A stretch of DNA of 64,000 nt from Ostrea edulis (taxonomy: Eukaryota). Location of the stretch: NCBI RefSeq assembly GCF_947568905.1, contig NC_079170.1:85126001-85190000 (forward strand). Direction: 5' to 3'. Below the pieces are notes generated by a model. The model searched no databases. It saw only the letters and a program-made list of their open reading frames with translations, and was not told where the DNA came from. Shown here piece after piece: positions 25,984-38,592 of this stretch; the stretch's first letter is position 1, and every line of letters starts with the position of its first letter. Position numbers and translations under genes: made by a program.

Positions 25984-28492
25984 CATAAGCACAATAAATA
26001 CATGTACCTACCCACTGAAGGGAAGCAAATAAATTTTCGTCTGCAATTAAAAGTGTTTATTTTGAAAAACCATGGAGAAAAGATTAGAAATTCGTTATGT
26101 ATAATGAATTGTTTAGATATTCGTCTATTCATCTTTTTGTGTTTATTTCACTTTAGTTTGTACAGTGGACGATGATAATATGGAATATTGGAACTATGTG
26201 ATTTTGGAATTCTTCAGAAAAAGAAGTTGCAAAAATTATGCGTCCCTTGGGCACCTCTTGTATGATGCGGGTGTGACCGCTCAACAGGGGATGCTTACTC
26301 CTCCTAGGCACCTGATCCCACCTCTGGTGTGTCCAGGGGTCCGTGTTTGCCCAACTATATATTTTGTATTGCTTGTAGGAGTTATGAGATTGATCACTTT
26401 TCGTTATCTTCACCTTGCATGATACAGTCGGCTCAGCTCTGATTCAAAATTTTCTTCCTAATTTGAATATTATTTTTAAGAATGACACAAGGGAATACCC
26501 TGGTACTAAAGACATGAGTTATTAAATTACATTTCTGATGTTTGGTAGTGGAGTCAAAACAAAACAGCAAAATATGAATAATAATTTAGAGTACCGTCCA
26601 TTTTTACTACCGTATCGGTGTATGTTTACTAAGCAAGATTTTCTCGAATCATTATAACAACCGACCACTATCAAATGATATATGTATAGAAATAGTATAG
26701 AAATAATCACAATTTATGCATCGATCTCAAGGCATATACATGTACCTCTTCCAACACTCTTGATCCCCCTCCCGGCCTAGTTTTATTTTGGCACGTACCA
26801 TCGGGTTCTTATCACATACAAAGTTTGGTATTTTTACATGCAAAGAACAATTCATGAACTGACCACTATTTACATTGGCGGTGAATAGTAGTGTAAATGC
26901 CAGGTTGAATCGATGAATTGAACAAATACATCCTCCTGCTTCCTTTTTGACGATTTTGGGGTTTGAGCAGAACTGCTTTTCTTGCTACCTAAGAATTTTT
27001 ATACAATTTAAAGACAACCGTTTTTTTGTTTGCTCCCCACTCCTTAACTTTGAAAAACGATGTTTTATATCCTGTCTGAACTCACTATATCTAATAGTCA
27101 TGTATACTTGTTCAATTAGAAAAGATGATCTCGTTGAGCATACTAAATATAAAAACTCGATGGCATCGGGAATGAAATAATTCCGATATTCCACATTGAT
27201 GCTTATTATGTATAAACTTATTCCATAGAGTTATACTTTATTTTAAAATGTTTATAATGAAGTAAACTTATTGGATATATCATTCATTGACTATGAAAAT
27301 AACTAGATTTCAAAAACTAACTCTCATATTTGATTCCTCAATCCTTTGCCGAATCTATGGATATAGGGTAAACGTAGCAGGTCACGCGTTTAATGTTTGA
27401 GAAATTTAACACACAAAGTCTACATCAGAATTTTTTTATGTTTCTGTACACTTCACCTGATGACCGATGGAATATTCTCAAATATTTATCATCAAACAGT
27501 ACTTTATCTGAAAGATGAAGATAATGAACAGTGATCAATCCCATAAATCCCTTAAACAATACATGTTAGATAATTGGGCAAACACGCCAGATTGGGATCA
27601 GGTGTTTAGGAGGAGTAAGAATCCCCTGTCGACCGGTCACACCCACCGTGATCCCTCGATCTTGATCAGGTAAACGGAGTTTATCCGTAGTCAAAATCAG
27701 TGTGTCAAGAACGGTTTAACAATCGGTATGAAACACGGACAGACAGCATTTGACTCAATGATAGGTTGTATTGGAAAATTACATCGTTGCACTGTTGAGA
27801 AAAATTAGTATTTTTATAAATGGTGAGCATTTAAATAGATTCAGTGAATTCCATATGTCACATGTCAGTAGTAATAAAATACTTCAAAAAATTACAAAAT
27901 GTGATTAATTATTTGCTGTGCTAAGCATGTATACGCAATCAGAAAATTTACGAACTTTCATAGTAACTTATCCACAGGTTTCATGTTAACGTTATACCAG
28001 AGTAAACAAGAACAATTAATGCACTGCAATGCACTCGTTTCTGATAACCATCATAACATATGGAGTATTTGATAGTCTTTTTGTGCAGCATTGACTACCA
28101 CAATGCATACCTCTATTTCATCGGCTGTTACCAACACAAATTTCTCTATATACTAATACTTTTCAAAATGATATCATATAAATCCATGTTCAGTACAGAT
28201 ATTAGTATATGCAAGGTGAAGATAACGAACAGTGATCAATCTCATAACTCGTACAAGCAATACAAAACATATAGTTGGGCAAACACGGACCCCTGGACAC
28301 ATCAGAGATGGAATCAGGTGCCTAGGAGGAGTAAGCATCTCTATTTATCTAATTCACGTAGAACTATGTACGTTTTGTTTTTCGTACATATACATAGGAT
28401 ATATAATTTCACGTTTCAGAATTTGTGTTCCCCAAACGCTGAATGTATTATTAACACACCCATGCTTCGGCATTTGAAAATAGAATATATGT

Positions 28493-28578
<86 letters not shown>

Positions 28579-28700
28579 TTAGACTTGCCTAGATGGTCGA
28601 GCTGTCTAGCGTGCTGGTTACATGCTGCTAGGAGAATTGGTTCCGCAGATCGTGAGTTCAACCCCAGGTAGGGGCGGAAGTGGATATCCAAATAAAGTGC

Positions 28701-28756
<56 letters not shown>

Positions 28757-28837
28757 TGAATTTTGTTGCGCTTTGTATTAAATATTTCTTCACTTATGGC
28801 AGTTATGTTCATTTAAGAGTTCATTGACATTTCTGTG

Positions 28838-28885
<48 letters not shown>

Positions 28886-28981
28886 GGATAAATCTCCGAT
28901 ATAATCTTCTAGAGTGCTCGACGTGGCCTCACGGAGCTACATAAATTGACGATCAGATGGAGTTCAATCACATAACATTTA

Positions 28982-29036
28982 TTTCTCTACAGGCTGTTTC
29001 GTAAGGGGATGGTTTCCCCTCACTCGTCGGGAGAAA
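28982..29036 (-). ncRNA. Type I hammerhead ribozyme (different family; U4C core variant)
   Basis: The - strand reads UUUCUC CCGACGA GUGAGGGG AAACCAU CCCCUUAC GAAA CAGCCUGU A|GAGAAA: stem I 6 bp, stem II 8 bp, near-palindromic stem III, GUA triplet. Confidence 0.8.
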
Positions 29037-29253
29037 AATGACATCTAACGAAAAACATCCGCGTGGCTGAGAATATGTTACACAGAAACATACTGAATAG
29101 TTGCTAAGCATGATTACACACAGGATTGAGTAAATAGAAATTTATGGGAATGACGGCAAGTGCTGACAAGTTCTGAACGCTTATTCAATGAAGATTTTTC
29201 GGGATGACATATTATAAAGAATTTCTCTAGAATACAAAGGTTGCACTTTTTTG

Positions 29254-29297
<44 letters not shown>

Positions 29298-29322
29298 AAA
29301 AAATAATCCAATACTTAAACTT

Positions 29323-29362
29323 TTATCTATAGCGCTTTCGCCCTACGGGCTCGTCATTATAT
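29323..29362 (-). ncRNA. Degenerate minimal hammerhead-like motif
   Basis: The - strand reads AUAUA AUGACGA GCCC GUA GGGC GAAA GCGC UA|UAGAU. C3 is replaced by A and stem I has only 4 of 5 pairs. Confidence 0.5.
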
Positions 29363-29420
29363 TTTTAAACAATGTAAACAAGTTCCATGACTCAAACAAG
29401 AAAGAATTTATTTATATTAA

Positions 29421-29484
<64 letters not shown>

Positions 29485-31282
29485 AGGATTTCCAGGATTT
29501 GATAAAAGGGTCCAAGTAGGCTGATAGTCTAGGGATTCCAGTGTTGATGCTACATTTTGGATTATTCTTTATACATAATTAAATCAATAAATAACACAGT
29601 GTGGTTCTAGATCTGCAACTGGCCGTCTGGTGACGATGCGGTTGAGTAAAGAGTTTCCTCATAAATACCAGTGCTGTAAATAATGTACTTTACCACACTG
29701 GCACATAACATCACGTCACAATAAAAAATACGTCATGATGAAGACCATGACGTACATATCTACATTCCTTTTGCGGTTGCAAATGTTAAAATATTTTTTC
29801 GTTATTTACCACCGCTGTCAAACAATAAACCGCAATCGTGTAAAAGTTTCTGTCAAATGGGTTATATTAATTCTCTTTATATAACATACATGCTAAAGTA
29901 ATATCCATATTATATTGTGATCTTGATATCGCCCCTAATCTGCACGTAAATAGTGACTTTCACAATGAACTCATTTGCATAAACAGGGTTTCCGTACATA
30001 CAAATTTCATCATTGGAACGACACCCCGAGGTGTTTGAGTGAAAGATGTTTGATTTATGTGACGTGAACTTCAGTGCAAAAGGAAAGTTAGGAGAGCAAG
30101 TTGTATCTTCAACAGATCACATGTTTTTCAAGCTAGATTCAACTTCGTATATGCAAAAATCGCCGCATCTTGCATTTTCAATGCAAAAAATTCGACATGT
30201 TACAAGTCACGATAAACTTCCTCTCATCACTTTTCAAATTAAGAAATTAATATGTTTTGAAGTTATATTAACTTCAACTTGCATTGATATCTGGATATCG
30301 TACCAATGGAACGATTTATACATACACGGTACGATTTTATCTTGATATTTAATCACGTGATATACAGCTTATGTAGAGGCTATCGGTCTGGTTTATGGGA
30401 GGTGAATATGCACTTAATCATATATACATATTTTTTTGTATATAAGGGTTGTGTTTACAGAATTTGTCAAAAAATGATCTGTTTATAATGCTTTTTTCCT
30501 TTGACATATTTCTATGACACTACTTAACACAACTACGGAACTCCTTCATTTGGTATTTTAATACAGCACCCATTTCTGTTATAGGTCTGAAATATCTTGA
30601 AATTCAATTTTCATTCACAACTGAATTGAGAGATATTGTTCTGGAATGTCTGTTATCTGTTGGTGGTTTAGAATAATTCGCCAAATTCATGTTAGAAGTT
30701 GGATGTGTTGATATATGCGCTATGGTGTTTTCCCTACATCTAGACTGAGTGAAGTTACATGTAAGCATAATATTAAGTTCAATTAAGGCTTATAATGGTC
30801 TTATGAATTTACAGTTCAACAAACATCTTCCTTTGTCGGATATTAAAGATAAATGTTAACTAACAAGCATTTTGGACACCAATAAGTGAATTTCATTGAT
30901 GACATCAACCACTTGATTTTATATAAATTTAAGCAAGCATATTACAGCATCATGTAAAATGAAAATGGCATTTGTTTACCAAATGACGATATGATATTCA
31001 TACTAGCGTACAAAACTGTAAAGCATGGATATATTGGCATTATTTCATATAACATCTATAAGATTGACCACTGTTTGTTATCTTCACGTGTTCCTCATAG
31101 ATAGCCTGGTCCTTCTTCCTTTAGACATGCTCTGTGGTAGAACGTTTAATCGCTTCTTAACTGGGTGGCTGTGAGTGTTAATCCGTGTCACGGCCGTTTC
31201 AAACTTAAGATGTTAACATACGTAGTGAGTACTCCTTCGCCAAACGCTCGGAATTTAAAAATGAGTATCACAGTTCTTTCAG

Positions 31283-31445
31283 ATGCAAGGTGAAGATAAC
31301 GAACAGTGATCAATCTCATAACTCCTACAAACAATACAAAATAGATAGTTGGGCAAACACGGACCCCTGGACACACCAGAGGTGGGATCAGGTGCCTAGG
31401 AGGAGTAAGCATCCCCTGTTGACCGGTCACACCCGCCGTGAGTCC
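31283..31445 (-). mobile_element. PLE family copy nested in a tRNA-SINE
   Basis: Family 3' end, flanked by CAGAT at 31280-31284 and 31446-31450 (probable TSD). Confidence 0.85.
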
Positions 31446-34400
31446 CAGATATGATTTTAAAAACGAAAGTCTCGTGTCGCATTAGGCGTTGGCATTTAAA
31501 GAACCATCAATGCTACGACGATGAGCACTATACATAGGTCTAAATTTGCTGTACTCCACCTACATCTGGTGACGTTTCAATATGAGTGAAAAATTATCTA
31601 CTGGACGTAAAGCAATCAATCAATCAAACGATCCTTCAAACCTTTAAATACTTGTTTGTCTAAATGCCTGTGGCAACCAAGAACAAATGATCTACCTACC
31701 CCTTATTGATGCTAAGATTCAACCGACAACAATCCTGTTTGATTTCTTTGATTTTAAATAGCATTCTCTAAACCCAGTACAACATATCCGTATCTCATGA
31801 CGCGAAATGTTTGAAAATGTGTAACTCTCTATAATGTTGTGACCGTAAAATACAAAAATACATCTGTTATATATAGTTTGTATTTGAATTCCAAAGTGAA
31901 ATTGTAGTAAAATGCTATTCACATCATGTCATGGCTGCGTATATGACGTCATAATATTATATCGTCATATTATAGCACATGATACATACAAACTTCCGCC
32001 AGAGTTCGTTTGGTCACAAACCAAACTCTTCCAGTTAGGCATAATGGGATAACGATTTTTTTAGGCCACGTATACTGTGTGACGTCACTGTAGAATGACA
32101 AAACAAAAACATAGCGTCAAACGTAAATAATTCAAAACAAGAACGCAAGCATCAAGTTCATTACTTTACACTAATATATATACGGTGTGACCGTTGGACC
32201 GAGCGAAGCATGTAATGGTCATTGGAGTGTCCCAAGTGGTAATCATAATTCCGTTAAGTACGATAGATTATGGTTCATTTAAAAATATATATTTTTAATG
32301 AAATTTTCCTTGCGTTGATAACCCAGTAAGATCTCAATATCAAAGGGGTTTATATGGGGAGAACAGTTTTACAGGATCCGCCTATCCATTGAGCGCGGGA
32401 AATAAAACGCAAGGCGACGTAAACTGTGCATTGTGACGTCACATTTAGCCTCGACTTTTTTCTCTTTTTCAAAGCAAACAATTATTTTTACAACAATAAT
32501 ACATTCCGTATGCAATGACAAAGGCCGTTATAAAACTAAACAAAATTAACCAATGAATTCAAAATGGTAAAAAAGTAACCGTAATTTTATCATATATTCA
32601 TTCTTATTCAAAGAAACTCATGAACCCGTTCATCTATTTAGTCGTATTACGGTTTTATATGTAATTATTTGCTAAAACCTGTTATAATGATAATTATACT
32701 ATTTACTTTGAGCAAACTGAGTGTTTAAATTACGAATTGCACGTCAGAGTCTTCTATTATTGGCATTCAAAATAAATTACGAATAGCTGTTGAAGCAGGT
32801 AATGAAAAAATAAATGGCGGCGCCCATATGGATCACGAAAATTTCAGTGAACGTATATAGAGATTATCTCTTTTTCTTTGGCTGAATTTGACTTTTTTCT
32901 TTTACATACGTGTTACCTTTAGAGCCTTGCTTCGCGGACGGGCCTTCGGCCCGTCCGAGCTTCGCTCGGTATAATTTGAACAGAGTACCCCTACTTTTTA
33001 ATGATCCTTTGATCATTTCATGTTTAAAATATATACTTCAATATTATGGCAATGAATGTTGATATTTTCAAGCTTTAACTACGAACTACTTCTTTAGTGT
33101 TATCTGCCCGCGTGATAATCACGGACTCACAATATACAAATCTGTATATTGGATTGCGTCACATATGATAGGTATATACGTTGGTGACGTAATGAGTCCT
33201 CGACGGGGAGTTTGATGATTCATAATGCAATATTTGCCTTACGCAGGGTTTCCAGCATTTTCCCCGAAGGGTTCGGGGGAAATGCTACACTTTTAAAATG
33301 AACAAGATGTTAAATGATTACAGAAATATGACGTCTTTCTGTACGTAGAAGATAATGGCGGGCAATGCATTCACAAGATATCCGATCAAATAGCATATAA
33401 ATTACATTTCTTGGACACATCAAGAGAACGTTTCAGTATTGGCTAATTCCTGTATTTGACAATTTGTGGGTATAATGTGCCACAAATAATTGATTCATGA
33501 CATGTAGAGTAAATGTAAAATTAATGAACTAGATTAATCAGTTTAACAAACAGACATGAATGTTACAATCTTTGTCAATATTCCATGCTTATATTTTCCT
33601 CATGAGTTCTGCAATGAATGTCAAATATCGGACTGGAATGTTTTTCTTCATAAATAAGTTGGTTTTTTTTCGATCGACATATAGAACTAAATTCCAGTCT
33701 GTCACCACCGGTAATTTTCTGATTCATAAACAAATATCTCTCCATAACATATATTTCAATATCATTCGCAATTTTCTTTAATTGCGACACACACACATAA
33801 AATAAAAAATAAAGTAGAACAAAGTCAAGCCTCATCTACGACAAATCTTCCTTGCCACATTGGTCCTTACAGAGATGTCATGTACTTATGCTAATGTGTA
33901 TTTTTGCTAGAGACATTTGATTCATAACAAGAATGAATTATATTTCATGTCCTCGAGACGAATATACAAGACGATGCGTATTTGAATCGTTCCTCCAACT
34001 ACAGGTGAGAGCACTTCTATCAGACGGAAAACATTCCAAGGTCAACAAAAATGAATATGCAAATTGACCAACTTTCAATTTACCGCTAAAACATCAATCG
34101 GTGCTATGAGTTGTTTTTATTGGACATATGACCAGTATGTGTACCTTGTGGATTACATTATGTTAAGTGTACACAGATGATTAAAATACAACTAGTAAAC
34201 ATTGATATGAAGTATGATTTCAGTGTGTTAACCGTGCACTATTACATAGGGCAGAATGTGCTTTAAGCAATGTCACCGCCATTTAGTAACACTAGAAATG
34301 TCTGTGATGATTTCCATGCAAACTCTGAGATAATATAAATCTGTACATCATGATTTGCGGGTGTATACATGTATTACTAACTATCTAATTATCCACCTTT

Positions 34401-35160
34401 AATTTAATAATTTCTCCCGTCAGCAGTGATCGATCTAGACAAGAGTCTCATCCGGAATTTAGGTAACAAAGGATCACTGCAAATTATCCCCACATTATTT
34501 TAGAACATTATATTCCCACCTCTGCATTGTATACGATAGTTTGCTTTTTCTTTTATTTCATATCTGAGCATCCATCAACACACCAATAATTTGTTTTCTT
34601 CGAAAGTATCTTAGACATCACTATTCACAATGTAACATGGGACATGAGTTCTAGACAGTATCTTAGACATCATTATTCATAATGTAACATGGGACATGAT
34701 TTCAAGATATTATCTCCAACCCTGTCCTCTCCGGTCTCTGCATCAGCATGACTACATGTAAATAAATATTTTTTTACTGTACTTTTTGTGACTTTTTCCT
34801 CAAAATACCGCCAAAAAATTGGACAACCACAGAAAAAATCAGTCATAAGCTACATGTGTGTTCATGCTGCCCTATCCTCCAACGCATTTTTTTTATATTG
34901 CAATGTACTTTACCAAGGAGGTATATATTAAACAATACAGACCCTTATTCTTGTGGTAGACCTTAAATCTGAACACCATGATGTGTTTTCTTATGACAGT
35001 TTTTGTTTACAGATCACATGAGAAACTAATTAAAAATCAATTAAATTTCTTAAAACAAATACCAACTCAGTTTGAAATCATATAAAAGAAAGGAAATTAG
35101 TAAGCCCTACAACACAGAATTTTCCTGATGCACAGAAGATACGTCTAATTCTACAGTAGA

Positions 35161-37570
35161 ATGAAGTTGCTCGCTGGTTGTTGCTTGCTCGCCATTGCAT
35201 TGTTTCATTATTCAGATGCCGGTTGTTCTTGTCCACTGCAACATCCTCAGCAAGCGCTCTGTGATGACAACGCCTTTGGTAAGTCCATGATAAGGAATTA
35301 ATTTCGACTTAATACAATTATCCCTTTCGTTCAATAGACAAACCAGCACTTTGTATCATCTTAGATATGTATGGAAATTGGCATCTCCTTTTATCAAACT
35401 CTTCGAACTAAAAGCAGATTTAGAAGTTTTAAGAAATGAAATCCAAGTTTTCAATTATTCAGTCACAAAATTATATCGTATATCATGTCATCTACGTCTT
35501 TAGTTGAAATTACATATCCGTTGATAGATATTAAGTAACTGATGTAATGAATTATTTTTACAGTACTGAAGGTCAAAATACTAAACAGAAAGACGTTGTC
35601 AGGTGGACCAAGATCAGAACGCCGCGTTTATAAAGTTAAAGTCTTAAGGGATTACAAGGTATCGCAATTTTAAACACCAAAATATCAATGATTTACTGTA
35701 TGCAAGGTGAAGATAACGAACAGTGATCAATCTCATAACTCCTACAAGCAATACAAAATAGATAGTTGGGCAAACACGGACCCCTGATTAGATTTCATTG
35801 TGTTTCATATATTCATAATGTTGTTATTTTGCAGAACACATTTGACCCTATTCACGGAAATGAAAAGATCTACACGAGTAGTTCAAAGGAACCCTGTGGA
35901 GTATATTTCAGTAGGAAAGTAACATACATCATAAGTGGTAAGGTTTACCTCACAATTCTGGTCATCAAAACAAGTAACAAAAATAATAAAACTTTTAAAG
36001 AGGAACGTCACTGTGTTAATACCATACTGATAGTATCGTGTCTCCTTTTACTGTTTTCATTTATTTATTCGCTTTTTATGGTGGTTGCGTTATCTGGGTG
36101 ATTTATTTCTTTGAGGTTGTTACACTTTTCATGGATTTTCATATCGCCTTCAATGTGTGATATAAAGGGCCTCCGTGGTCGAGTGGTTAGAGCATTGTAC
36201 TCAAAATCACACGGCCCCTCACCGCTGGTTGGTGTGAGTTTCAATCCCGCTCGCGCCGGTAAGTGAGAAAGTTTCCCTGTTCACTTTCGGAAGGTCGGTG
36301 ATCTCTTCACTGGTACATTGTATCAGAGTTTTCTCTTCCACCAATAAAAACTAGGGCCACCAGATAACTTAAACTTTGTTGAGTGTGACGAAAAACAGCT
36401 ACACTATCAATCAATCAATGTGTGATAAATTCTAATTGCAGGATATAAATCTGGCGGGAGGTTTGTGACAAGTTCCTGTTTCTGGAACCAGAAGATCTGC
36501 ACCGTCACGCGCTTCCAGAAATTCGCTCTCAAGACTGGTCTATACAAATCCAACTGTCAGTGCAAGGTAATTTGTTGTTACCTTATTATTTTCTTAATAC
36601 CCTAACTGTCAGTGCGAGCTAAATTGTTTTTACCTTATTATTTTCTTAATGCTAAAGAATACCCATTCATCCATTTTTTTTTAGAATTTGTAATCTGCGA
36701 TTAAAGTACTATTGACTGTCATTTTGATGTCGAACATTTTTGTTGTGATATGAAAGTCTTGTTATTGGTATTTGTGTTAAAACGAAAATCTATTCAGGGG
36801 CTCTACATAAAGAAAAGTTACATTATCGTCTTCCCGCACAGATGTTTATTTTTAATGTATATGATGCTAACTTAGTTTTAATTTCATCAATGGTTATGAT
36901 TAGAGTTATATACAATACTGCCATAATATGACATTTTTATTACAAAAGAAAATTTGCAGATTTAGAGCTAATGATGCTTTGGGTAAGATTTATTGTATGG
37001 TAAGAACTCTAGAGGATGTGATAATAGTACCATTTTTTTAATCGAGTCCTCACTACCATCGTGTTCGAGATTGTGCGGTTTGACTATATCTGTATTGTAC
37101 AGTGTACCATTACAAGGGGGTAACTACTAGTATAATTACAAGTACCATCTTAATTCAAATCAAATGTGATGTGCTACTTTGTTAAAATTATTTTGTTCTA
37201 GATCAAAGACTGTACAGACGGATTCTGCAATCCCCCAACGAGAGAAGACTGTGTCATCAAATCAAACAGAGGCTGCTTCCTAGAAAAGAACGCATGCGTC
37301 CAGAAATCAAACTATGGCTCCCTGCATTGTGGCTGGAAATCAAATACTTGTGACTCGGATTCCACCTTTAAAGTCAACAAGCAGGTTGTTTATGAACCCA
37401 CGGAAACCGAGGTTCTAAATCATAAGACCTTCGAACAGACTGTACACAGATTGTTTGATCCACCTGCGAAACCAGACCATGGGCCAGAGTACAACCACGC
37501 AGCACCAGGGCCGTACACAACACACGTCCAAAAAATCGTCGATCATGTCGGGGGAAATGTTGGCCACTAA
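35161..37570 (+). CDS. timp: TIMP paralog B1 (269 aa, divergent, long C-terminal extension)
   Basis: Exons 35161-35278, 35564-35658, 35835-35937, 36442-36566, 37202-37570 are in frame with the same intron phases as the A genes, and all introns are GT-AG. MKLLAGCCLLAIALFHYSDA-GCSCPLQHPQQALC, IYT...PCG, NCQCK. Exon 5 encodes 122 aa. TATAAAA at 35081. Confidence 0.9.
36167..36418 (+). mobile_element. tRNA-derived SINE (family 2) in B1 intron 3; paralogous copy at 45949-46204 in B2
   Basis: A-box GTGGTCGAGTGG, B-box GAGTTTCAATCC, (CAAT)n tail, and a 13-bp TSD TCAATGTGTGATA (36150-36162 and 36415-36427). Confidence 0.8.
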
Positions 37571-38592
37571 ATTCATTTTACCAACATTTTTGAAATATAT
37601 TTATGTAACAGATTTTTTTAATGTTGATATTTAAGTTATGCATTTGTTTTGAATTTGAAAATAATCTTTTAGGCCTGTGGATCATGTAACGACATTACGT
37701 TTTAATCATTTAATTTGAACTGTAGATTGTTAATAAAATGACAATTTCAATTAATCTATGAATCGAGTATATCTCTGATGCAAACAAGAGTTTGATCAGG
37801 TGAAGAGGATTGACTTGTTAGATATATGTATCTAAGACATAATATATTTAACAAAAGATATTAGAACCAAATATTTTCTGAAGGACATATATGGATTGTC
37901 ATGTCTTGTATGCACCCAGTGGCGGATTTAGAGGGTGCGCAGTCGCCCCCCCCCCCCTAAAATTTAATGTACTAACAATAAAAGAAGCAATAATTTCTTC
38001 CACTCCTGGAGAAATAAATGACCAAATGGCAAAATGAAGGCAATGACCACAGATCAATCTCATAATGCCTAACAAAAGGTTTAAGATTAAGAGGAGGGCA
38101 AACACGGGAACCTGGACACACTAGAGATGGGATTAAGTGTATTGGCAGAGTAGGCATCCCCTGTTAATCGGTCAAAGCCATTTTATTTCCTTCCTCACTA
38201 TACGTGAATTGAATAAATTACTCTCGTCAAGTTAATAATCAAAATACAAATTTACAAATTTATACTCATCTGAAAGTTATATGCATACTGCAAACATAAG
38301 TAAATATCTTATACTTACGATCCTCAGTTCTTATGCAAAAAAGATTGACTTACAAATAATGTGTATTTGAATTGTGCGATCATGTCCTTTTGAGGTCCTA
38401 TCGGATTGCAGGATGTAGTTACTTGATAATGTCAGTGGTATCTACTTCAGTAGTATTGACAGCAGTCAGTAAAGGTGCAGATGGTACATCTAATAGTGTT
38501 ATTTTCACCAGACAACTTATCATAAAAAATGTTTTTAGGAGAACTTGTGTATTTCGTTTCGAATGCTAACCATGATCCAATTGTTCTATTAT

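Larger units (their letters stand above)
28493..29482. repeat. Cluster of five (TA)n tracts plus (CA)n, separated by short inserts
   Basis: Directly visible. The inserts include a tRNA-like SINE head (~28582-28690) and two hammerhead-bearing segments. Confidence 0.9.

Noticed and set aside
26700-27200. Short ORFs on both strands after A3
   Set aside because: No recognisable motif or consistent frame.
28582-28690. tRNA-like sequences (also ~13630-13695 and the SINE heads)
   Set aside because: They have A/B boxes but no complete cloverleaf, so they are treated as SINE heads rather than tRNA genes.
29640-30537. ~900-bp insertion relative to the A2-A3 spacer, containing a 99-aa ORF
   Set aside because: Only a weak terminal inverted match, no TSD and no recognisable protein motif, so it cannot be classified.
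35150-35163. CTACAG just before the B ATG, suggesting a 5' UTR intron
   Set aside because: TATAAAA lies 80 nt upstream in both B genes, which fits an unspliced 5' UTR. No upstream exon is supported.
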